Part shown: positions 15,001-24,208 of the stretch, one piece after another
Numbering within the stretch: the stretch's first letter is position 1
Layout of the letters: the number at the start of each line of letters is the position of its first letter
Origin: Octopus sinensis
Taxonomy: Eukaryota
DNA: 64,000 nucleotides
Reading direction: 5' to 3'
NCBI RefSeq assembly: GCF_006345805.1
Contig: NC_043013.1
Span: 49,228,001 to 49,292,000, forward strand
Notes under the pieces: generated by a model
Seen by the model: only the letters and a program-made list of their open reading frames with translations
Told to the model about the DNA's origin: nothing
The model's database searches: none
Translations under genes and position numbers: made by a program

Positions 15001-15907
15001 CATACTATGCAAAACCTATGGCCTCAAAATACCTGATCCACCGGAACTCAGCCATTGCGGGCAATGCCAAATTCAATATTTTGATGGCAGACCTCGTCAG
15101 AATAATGAGAAATGTGTCACGCATGTGCGAGCCTACAGAATTAAAGAGACACATACAGTATTTCATTCACCGCATGCAGTTCTCAGGTTACAGCTATAAA
15201 GAAAGGATCAGAGTATACAAAGGAGCCATGAAGAAATTTGATAATATATTATGTAATGATAGGAATGGGATTTGCCCAATCTATAGGAACAAGTCATGGA
15301 ACACTATAGAAAGGACAAAAAAGAAAATAGGGAAGGCCAACTCTTGGTATGATAGCCATAAATACCAGAGTGTCATGTTCGTTGACACCACCCCTGGAGG
15401 TGAACTGGCGTACCGCTTTAGAAGGACCCTAGATAAACTTAAACTAAGAATTAAGGTTGTTGAAAAGCCAGGCAACCCTATCAGATCTATAATTGGTAGA
15501 ACCTATCCTTTTAGTAGAACCCTCTGTACGGATAACTATTGCACTGTATGTAGATTTAGCCCACAAACAAACTGTAAAGCCAGAAATGTAGTTTATAGTA
15601 TAAGATGTATAGAGGGACGATGCAGTAACAAGACAGTAACATACGTAGGGGAAACAGCAAGAAGCATTGGAGAGCGGGTGAATGACATTGGAGACAACTC
15701 AAGGAAGGTAAAAGCTCATCGATTCTGTACCAACACACCGAACAGGAACACGGGGGATCAATCAATAACATAGAGATTAAGATATTGTCCACACATAGAA
15801 CAGATGCAACAATTAGACAAATTACAGAAGCTACACATATAATAGAAAATAAACCTAGCCTGAATAGAAAACTAGAATGGAGCAATAGCACACACCACAA
15901 CATATGA
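12000..15907 (+). pseudogene. PLE ORF (N-terminal region, RT, GIY-YIG) broken by several frameshifts
   Basis: Pieces 12000-12293, 12392-12577, 12659-12949, 13113-13658, 13547-14170, 14160-15684, then shifted HWRQLKEG..RQITEATHI..KPSLNRKLEW to TGA at 15905-15907. Confidence 0.85.
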
Positions 15908-16377
15908 CGATAGAGGATCCTGAAAACATAATAAATACACAGATAAATAAACAGATACAAATGAATAACTATATATATGTATATATATCTATGTATGTAT
16001 ATGTGTATATATATATATATATATGTGTGTATATATGTGTGTATATATATATATATTTTTTTTTTCGATTAGATTTATTATTATTATTACTATTATTGTT
16101 GTTATACATACATACAAGCATATGTAATGACAATAATGGGTGGATGTAAACACATGAACAAACTTTGAACAAAAGCAACAACAACAAAAACAAAATACAA
16201 ATTACAAGAATGTATATAAACAGAAGATACAAATATTACAGGCATCCCCCACACACACACTAAATGAACATAGACGCACATAGAGATATAAGCATGCGCA
16301 AATGAAGACATGCAATAGAAATACAAAATGGCTGACGGTTAGTAAGGAGAGACACAAATAAGTGAGAAGAAAACAAA

Positions 16378-16422
16378 GGACCACTGATGCGGTCACAGGA
16401 GTGTGACGAAAGAACTTTGGCC
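16378..16422 (+). ncRNA. Minimal type I hammerhead-like motif in pLTR (core CUGAUGC); mirror copy 11063-11107 on -
   Basis: GGACCA CUGAUGC G GUCACA-GGAG-UGUGAC GAA AGAACU U UGGCC. Confidence 0.65.
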
Positions 16423-16549
16423 GAAATAAGATTAAGATTAATGTAAAAAAAAAAATAAATATCACTGAAGCAAAATAACACCAAATATATAGTGCGTGTG
16501 TTTTATTGGCTGAACTGGCAATATGACCATTCCGAAATACAACAATATT

Positions 16550-16595
<46 letters not shown>

Positions 16596-16605
16596 ATATA
16601 TATAT

Positions 16606-16637
<32 letters not shown>

Positions 16638-16811
16638 CATACATATAAATATACAATATCGTCGGAAACATAGGAGAAGGAAAGATCCAGAGAAGGGAAG
16701 ACAGAGGGGGAAAAAATCGCTAACGGTACACACGCGGTCACATTTTGAATGACCGGAAGATACATATATATATACATTTATATACATATATATAATTAGA
16801 GTATATGTTAA

Positions 16812-16869
16812 CCTAGTGAAGAGATGGGTGCATCCACGGAAATACTGGTTCGGTACCCAGTATTCTGGG
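16812..16869 (+). ncRNA. Degenerate hammerhead-like fold
   Basis: CCUAG UGAAGA ..GAA AUACUGG/CCAGUAU U CUGGG; C3 absent. Confidence 0.4.
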
Positions 16870-16984
16870 GGATTGAAATTCCCTTAAAACAATTAGTATA
16901 TGTACACCATATGGTTTATACCAATTTAAAACAAGAAAAGAAAAGAGAACGGAGATAAGGATGTTAATAATTGTTTATCGTTAA

Positions 16985-17620
16985 CGAATTGGTCATCTTC
17001 GCTTCTTACAATTGTTTCAATTAATACTCAGCGCATGGCTCAGTGGTTAGAGCGTCGAGCTTACGATCGTGAGGTTGTGAGCTCGAATCCCGGACCGGGC
17101 TGCGTGTTGTGTTCTTGAGCAAGGCACTTTATTTCACGTTGCTCCAGTTCACTCAGCTGTAGAAATGAGTTGCGACGTCACAGGTGCCAAGCTGTATCGG
17201 CCCCTTTGTCTTTCCCTTGGATAACATTGGTGGCGTGGAGAGGGGAGGCCGGTATGCATGGGCGACTGCTGGTCTTCCATAAACAACCTTGCCCGGACTT
17301 GTGTCTAGGAGGGTAACTTTCTAGGTGCAATCCCATGGTCATTCATGACCGAAGGGGGTCTTTACCCTAATTTAAATACAAATTTGTACATTAGATTTAC
17401 ATTTCTGTGACACGATTATAATTTGATCTTAGGATAAAAGATGTACCTTTGCATGTTATATATGGGCTTATCAATTCAATGCAGCAGGCATAGAACATCT
17501 TTTTTTACCTCTGATGAAATTATACTCATGTATACAGGTAAATGTGATGTACAAATTTGTAATTAAATTATTCAGTATTAATTGAAACAGCTGTATGAAG
17601 TGAAGATGACCGATTTGCTG
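16985..17620. mobile_element. Old inverted-repeat PLE-derived element with hammerhead remnant, interrupted by a SINE
   Basis: 16988-17028 is the reverse complement of about 17574-17614; CUGAUGA (17511) .. GAAACAGCUGUA (17584). Confidence 0.55.
17031..17368 (+). mobile_element. tRNA-derived CORE-type SINE (family D)
   Basis: A-box tggctcagtggttagagc, B-box gagctcgaatccc, CORE-like gttgtgttcttgagcaaggcactt. Confidence 0.8.
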
Positions 17621-17682
17621 TTAATAATGAAGAATTATTAACTTCGTTATTTCGATTTTCTTTTCTTTTCTTCTTTTAAATA

Positions 17683-17685
17683 TGT

Positions 17686-17726
<41 letters not shown>

Positions 17727-17963
17727 GTGTGTGTGTGTGTGTGTGTGTGTGGTGTGCGTGTGTGTGAGTGTGTGCGTGTGTGTGTGTGAGTGTGAGTGTG
17801 TGTGTGTGAGTGTGTGCGTGTGTATGTATGTGTGAGTGTGTGTGTGTGTGTGAGTGTGTGTGTGTGCGCGCGTGTGTGTGAGTGTGTATGTGCGTGTGCG
17901 TGTGTGTGTCTGTGTGTGTGTGCGTGTGCGTGTGTGTGCGTGTGTGTGTGTGAGTGTATGTGT
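17683..17963. repeat. (TG)n compound microsatellite
   Basis: Read directly from the sequence. Confidence 0.95.
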
Positions 17964-18218
17964 ATTCTTTCACTTGTTTCAGTCATTTGACTGCGGTCAT
18001 GCTGGAGGACCGCTTTAAAGGGTTTTAGTCGAAGTTAACCTTTTAAATGCCACAACGAGTAAGCGTACGAGTGGGTACTTTTACTTTACAAGCTCTTCTC
18101 ATGCGACAACGGCAATCTGAAGTAAATTTCCGATTGGTTATGTTTGATATTTACTAAATCAACCAATTATTCTTCGTCTATTCTACTTCAATATCTAAAC
18201 AGTTATATACATATTTCC

Positions 18219-18595
18219 GGGTTCCGGGTTCAGTCCCACTGCGTGGCATCTTGGGCAAGTGTCTTCTGCTATAGCCCTGGGCCGACCAATGCCTTGTGAG
18301 TGGATTTGGTAGACGGAAACTGAAAGAAGCCTGTCGTATATATGTATATATATATATATATATGTGTGTGTGTTTGTGTGTCTGTGTTTGTCCCCTTAGC
18401 ATTGCTTGACAACCGATGCTTGTGTACATACGTCCCCGTCACTGCGGTTCGGCAAAAAAAGAGACCGATAGAATAAGTACCGGGCTTACAAAGAATAAGT
18501 TCCGGGGTTGATTTGCTCGACTAAAGGCGGTGCTCCAGCATGGCCGCAGTCAAATGACTGAAACAAGTAAAAGAGTAAAAGAGAGAGTAAAGAGT
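18219..18595 (+). mobile_element. SINE family B, 5'-truncated
   Basis: Identity to other copies. Confidence 0.85.
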
Positions 18596-19132
18596 ATATT
18601 GCCGTAATTAATTTAGACATTACATTAATAGACATTTTTTCAACATCTCCAAACAACTAAATGTTGGCAATGCATGCAGGGTTTTCCATTAAATTTGATA
18701 ACACTTTCAATGCCAATAACTCCGATAATTCTGCATTTTTCCAGTTAAACTTTTTTTGATAACAGTAGATCATTTTTTTGATTCCAGAACGTATTTTATC
18801 AGTGAGCCCCAATCCTCCTTTTTCTCACGGACAGCTCTATGTCGGATGGGATAGAGTTGGAAATCCGGAAAATTTATTCACCTAGGCACCTAATGGCAAA
18901 ACGAAAAGTATTGTGTATCACGAAGCCCTGCAAGACTGAAATTTTTGGAACAAAGATGCCTCTCCCTCCGACATCCTCCAACAATCTCTCTCGACAACCT
19001 CCGACAATCTCTCCCTCCACAAGCTGACAGTTTTTTGTGCTTTTTCGCGACGGAAAAATACACCTTTTGTGGCAGTGGTAATGAAATTGGTTTTTTATAT
19101 CAGAGTAATAATACGCTCCACATATATAAATA

Positions 19133-19146
19133 CACACGCACACACT

Positions 19147-19177
<31 letters not shown>

Positions 19178-19219
19178 ACACACACACATATATTCATACA
19201 TATATACACATATACACTC

Positions 19220-19255
<36 letters not shown>

Positions 19256-19299
19256 GGACGGACGGACGGACGGACGGACGGACAGACAGACAGACAGAC

Positions 19300-19331
<32 letters not shown>

Positions 19332-19391
19332 GGACGGACGGACGAACGGACGGACGGACGGACGGACGGACGGACGGACGGACGGACGGAC

Positions 19392-19464
<73 letters not shown>
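19133..19464. repeat. (CA)n-(GACA)n-(GACG)n-(GATA)n compound microsatellite
   Basis: Read directly from the sequence. Confidence 0.95.
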
Positions 19465-19822
19465 CATTACATTGACAGGGGTTGTATAAACATTTATATG
19501 TGAGCGTAAATAAACTACAGCGTACACAACGAGTGTGTGTTTGCAGATGGGCGCACGCGTGTGTGTGTGTATTTGACTTAGATACTAAAATACAAATAAA
19601 ATAAAATAAAATCTCACAGTTAAAATTGAGTGATAATCAATTAGAGTGTATCGGTCACACTCAAATTTTCCATTATCTTCGATTCCGTAAAGGGCGTATG
19701 ACCAACAGGGAACGTTGTTAGAAGTTTTAAGTGGAGCTTTATTCAAAACTAATTTCTACGTTATTTTCATGTTATTCAAGGCATAGCAGTTAGCTTTCTC
19801 CTCACGTCCCGCTTCAATTTAG

Positions 19823-20256
19823 GGATCTTTTCGGTTTGAACGGCAGTTTTTAACATAATTTCCAGGTAATTAAAAAAATTTCAAACTTCGTATACTGGTA
19901 GAATGTGTTTATAAAACATCTTTTTCTCTTAGCTTTATTGAGAAAATTCTATAGTTTGTAAGATATTTGTTGTTTTTTTTTCTTCAATTTCTGCAAATTC
20001 AACCAATCAATGACGTCTATTGAGGTAAAAAAAACATTCTGTGCCATATGAATATGTCCCTCGTTTAAGAAACAAGATTGGGTTTATTTACATTTCTGAA
20101 TAAAAAAATATACCCTCCCCCCAACCCAAACCCTAACCCTAACCCTAAACATAAAATAGATTGAAATGCAATAGATCGATACTAGGGTCATAATTATGGG
20201 TGACAATTTCATATGACACCGCTAGAAAAAAACTGCCGTTCAAACCGAAAAGATCC
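19823..20256 (-). mobile_element. MITE, probably Merlin superfamily (opposite orientation to the other two copies)
   Basis: ~28 bp TIR ggatcttttcggtttgaacggcagtttt; TSD caatttag/aaatttag; internal (CCCTAA)n. Confidence 0.85.
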
Positions 20257-20740
20257 AAATTTAGTGCATAGCAGTGGTCTCGTCTCATTTCAATGTAATT
20301 CACCGTGCAAGGTATAATTGAAATAATAATGAAAATCCATGTTTCGCCAAATGAAAAAATAAAAGCCCTATCATAAGGGAAACAACTTTTGTAAACAAGA
20401 TATAATGCAATTTAAAAAAACACAAAACAAATTTTAACTATATTAACCCGAAAATGAGATTTACCTTGAAACGACGTGTTTGTGTATGTGAGGGAAAGAG
20501 TGAGGTGGGAAGAAAGACGGTGAGAAAGAGGGTGAGGGTGAGAGATCATTACACATTTTGTTCACAAAAAATCAAGGCCGTTGATACTCATTTCCAAGGG
20601 ACATAACTTTTGTAAACAGAAAATAATTTATATAGAAAACCAATTACATTATGTTCACTTGTGTGTGTGTGTCTGTGTGTGTGTCTGTGTGTGTGTGTGT
20701 GTGTGTGTGCGATCGCGCGCGTTTTTGAAATGTACACGAC

Positions 20741-21087
20741 AGGCGTAGAAGTGGCTGTGCGGTAAGTAGCTTGTTTACAAACCACATGGTTCCGGGTTCA
20801 GTCCCACTGCGTGGCACCTTGGGCATGTGTCTTCTACTATAGCCTCGGGCCGACCAAAGCCTTGTGAGTGGATTTGGTAGACGGAAACTGAAAGAAGCCC
20901 GTCGTATATTTGCATATATATATATATGTATGTGTGTGTTTGTCCCCCTAACATCGCTTAGCAACCGATGCTGGTGTGTTTACGTCCCCGTAACAAAGAA
21001 TAAGTCCTGGGGTCGATTTGCTCGACTAAAGACGGTGCTCCAGGATGGCCACAGTCAAATGACAGAAACAAGCAAAAGAGTAAAAGC
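20741..21087 (+). mobile_element. SINE family B
   Basis: Identity to other copies, with an internal deletion. Confidence 0.85.
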
Positions 21088-21169
21088 CTAAAGAGAGACA
21101 GACATTGATACTCAGGCAGTTTCTACATTTGTAGCATCGATTCTTCCCCGCGAATTATTCTAAATATAA

Positions 21170-21542
21170 CTAGCAGTATCGCCCGGCGTTGCTCGGGTTT
21201 GTAAGGGAAATAACTATATAAGCATTTTTAGAGATGTAAAGTATAATAGCCATCTCAATATGGCTAACCACAAAGGTGGGGTGTTACTGTAGCTTTTTAC
21301 GTTTTGAGATGTAATAATAAATTTTTAGAGAGTTACTTCCCTTATATATGCCAAAAGTGTATTAAAAATGGGAAAAATCGTAGGCTCATCGTAGACGTGC
21401 GCTAATACCCAGAAGGGCTCGATATGAATCACGACAATACGATACCCGGTTTTGGTTAAACTGCACCGCAAAATGTGGGAGTAGTTAGGAATCTAAATCG
21501 TAGGAGACAGACAGCACACAACCTCTCTTTTATATATAAAGA
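21170..21542 (-). mobile_element. Non-autonomous Helitron
   Basis: On - strand: 5' TCTTTATATATAAAA, 3' hairpin cccgagcaacgccggg then CTAG; sits between A and T. Confidence 0.8.
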
Positions 21543-21688
21543 TATAATTGGAAAAGCCTTCACTTCTTTAGCAATAAAAAGGTTCTACAATAAAAAGGTG
21601 TCTTGTTCCGTTATCAATGTCAACCTTTATCAATACTTAAGTTGTACTGATGTAAGACAATGTTCCATTTACACATCAAAATGTCTAG

Positions 21689-21748
21689 GTCTCGTTCAGA
21701 CTGTGATTCTGATATTATGCTCTGTACTAAACGAAGCCATATCAACAT
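21689..21748 (+). CDS. Candidate signal-peptide exon of contactin
   Basis: ctag|GT..T|gtagat, 60 nt, phase 1 to 1 (fits exon 24114); hydrophobic LVQTVILILCSVLNEAIST; weak splice sites, upstream ATG exon not found. Confidence 0.3.
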
Positions 21749-21793
21749 GTAGATACCAGTCACTCCATAGTTTTCGAAACCGAAATAATAATA

Positions 21794-22300
21794 GGTGCAG
21801 ACGTGGCTGTGTGGTAAGAAGCTAACTTCCCAACCACATGGTTCCAGGTTCAGTCCCACTGCAGTGGCACCTTGTGCAAGTGTCTTCTACTAGAGCCCCG
21901 GGCCGCCCAAAGTCGTGTGAGTGGACTTGGTAGACGGAAACTAAAAGAAGAAACTAAAATACACACCATGATAGATCGTTAGCCACTACACACATTTTTT
22001 CTCTCCTTGTTTTTTTCTGTGTCCCTTTCTGTAGAAGAGCGTAGGCTCGAAACGTAAAAGACTTTTTCTATTCCTGAGCATTATACTAATACCTCTGTTT
22101 GTCTTGTACACCACCTGTCTTCGTCTTTTGTTTTTTTCGTAAACTCTCCCTATTTACATGTATATATATTATGTATGTGTGTGTGTGTGTATGTTTTGTG
22201 TTCGTCTCCCATTGCCACTTGACAACCGATGGTGGGTTGTTTACGTCCCCATAATTTAACGGTCAGGCCAAAGGTCGATGGAATAAATACCAGGCTTTCT
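21794..22300 (+). mobile_element. SINE family B with a nested ~200 bp hammerhead-bearing insert (about 21955-22155)
   Basis: SINE halves separated at the position of the internal microsatellite. Confidence 0.75.
22025..22060 (+). ncRNA. Minimal type I hammerhead-like motif (core CUGUAGA)
   Basis: CUUU CUGUAGA A GAGC-GUAG-GCUC GAA ACGU A AAAG. Confidence 0.65.
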
Positions 22301-23006
22301 TTTCATTTCACTATGTAAAAGGTAGTCTTCACTGTTTTCTCAATAGTATCTATTAGTAACAATAGTATGTGTACAGAAGTTGTTTCAATGAAGACAAGTC
22401 GATATTCAAAATTTCATAAGGTATTTATCGTTACTAAGATAATACCAGACGCGACGGCTCGGAAGAGCAAAAAGAAAAATAAAGAAAGAAAAGTTGTGTT
22501 CATAGTGGTTATGCATGTGTTCATAGAGAAACATGAATATTTTGTGAAAGTGATGGCTGTTCAAAGGCCAGCGGTTTTAACCAGTGTCCGAGTAGGTCAA
22601 AACAGTTCATTATTTTGATAGTATCAGAACTTTGCATAGCTCCCGACTAGTTTCTTTGGTGGTTCCTTGAATAGTTTCTTTTTATAAGCTCTATAATCCT
22701 TTCTACTACAATCGCACGGCCTGGGATTTTGGAGGAGTCGATTACATCGACCCAAGTCCTCAACTGGTGCTTATTTTATCGACCCTAGCAAAGATAAAAA
22801 GGTAATGTCGACTTAGGCAAAATTTGAACTCAGAACGGACGAGATACAACTAAACATTTATTCCGGCGTGCTTACGATTCTACCGGCTCACTTCTTTTAT
22901 CAGCTCTCTAATAAAACTGAGTGAACTGATCAATGGTAACTTCATTACTCGAATTACTTGGAAATTCTTTTGGCTAGATGATTGATGAAGTCATTACTTA
23001 ATCTAT

Positions 23007-23372
23007 GGCGCAATGGCCCAGTGGTTAGGGCAGCGGACTCGCGGTCATAGGATCGCGGTTTCGATTCCCAGACCGGGCGTTGTGAGTGTTTATTGAGCGA
23101 AAACACCTACAAAAGCTCCACGAGGTGATCCCTGCTGTACTCTTTCACCACAACTTTCTCTCACTCTTACTTCCTGTTTCTGTTGTACCTGCATTTCAAG
23201 GGGCCGGCCTTGTCACTCTCTGTGTCTCGCTGAATATCCCCGAGAATTACGTTAAGGGTACACGTGTCTGTGGAGTGCTCAGCCACTTACACGTTAATTT
23301 CACGAGCAGGCTGTTCCGTTGATCGTATCAACCGGAACCCTCGTCGTCGTAACCGACGGAGTGCTTCCACCA
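23007..23372 (+). mobile_element. SINE family C (tRNA-Arg-like head)
   Basis: A/B boxes tggcccagtggttagggc / ggtttcgattccc; TSD acttaatctat. Confidence 0.9.
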
Positions 23373-23423
23373 CTTAATCTATAAAATTTGAGTTGTTGTT
23401 CGCATGAAAGTACCTGATCGAAA

Positions 23424-23953
23424 TGTCAGGTCACTTTCGAGTGCTACTGGTAACATGTAACCCAGTACAACCTGTTGCATGGTCGGGTCGTCGGCGACTA
23501 AACCTGCAACCGTTTATTGGACACCTTGCGGGATGAAAAACAAAACCCGTCAAAGGGCAGAGGAGCTCTTGGGAGTGAACGGCCATCCAATAAATGTCTT
23601 AAGGCTGTATCATGCACGGGGCCATAGAAATAATCGGACTGAATACCCGATCGCGCGGTTAAACCATTGGGAGTGAGGGACTCCCAGCCTTTGTTAGGGC
23701 ATCCTTCTAGGAGAAGGTAACTCAGGTAACTGGGATAACTCCGACGTAAAGCTGCGGCTCAGTGGTTACCGATGATGTTGACTTGTTCTTCTTTTCGGAT
23801 TATGGCTGCTGTTGCTTAGAGAGTGGGATTGACTCAGTGCACAGCCTTTCCTCACTTAAAAAAAAAATCTTGCACAGGCGTTGCACAATAACAACATTGA
23901 TTAAGCTTCGTGCAATGGCCATACTCGATAACGAGGGGGCAGCCACCACCACC
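23424..23953 (+). mobile_element. Non-coding retroposon, possibly RTE-related
   Basis: 12 bp TSD acctgatcgaaa; (CCA)n tail; ctaggagaagg..actc motif reminiscent of RTE 5' UTRs. Confidence 0.6.
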
Positions 23954-24113
23954 ACCTGATCGAAAACAATCTCAGGTTCAAATCTAAGTATAGACCAGCT
24001 AAATATACATACAGATACATGATTTTTTTTTGTTTTTTTTCTTTTAATAAATCACCAGATTTTAAAATATAATTAGTAAATGAAGAAATTAATATATCTT
24101 ACTTTAATTTTAG

Positions 24114-24208
24114 GTTGTCCAGTTGAGTGGGTAGCTTACAAGTTGCATTGCTACCAGTTCAATCTAATTCCACTGGTTGCATATGAAACCGCATCAGCTA
24201 AATGTCAG
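24114..24208 (+). CDS. Contactin exon, start of C-type lectin domain
   Basis: tttag|GT...CAG|gtaag; CPVEWVAYKLHCYQFNLIPLVAYETASAKCQ; phase 1 to 0. Confidence 0.9.

Larger units (their letters stand above)
10934..16551 (+). mobile_element. Penelope-like retroelement (C-terminal GIY-YIG, Cys-rich linker; Neptune/Nematis-type) with inverted 5' arm
   Basis: RT motifs LPTDKSGR, GSMDVVSLYPSID, QDEGAAIG, YSRYVDDI; linker CTDNYCTVC..C; endonuclease NVVYSIRC..YVGETARS; inverted and direct terminal repeats; both flanks (TA)n. Confidence 0.92.

Noticed and set aside
12000-15907. Selenocysteine recoding as in some Naiad PLEs
   Set aside because: The breaks are frameshifts rather than in-frame TGA at Cys positions, and the endonuclease is C-terminal, unlike Naiads.
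10934-16551. LTR retrotransposon or long-TIR DNA transposon reading of the 1 kb repeats
   Set aside because: The repeats include part of the GIY-YIG coding region; there is no gag, integrase, transposase or TG..CA ends; the RT is PLE-type.
23007-23080. tRNA-Arg-like sequence (also 25286, 36260, 39360, 47949; similar head at 17031)
   Set aside because: These are SINE heads that continue into a shared body and are flanked by TSDs; not standalone tRNA genes.
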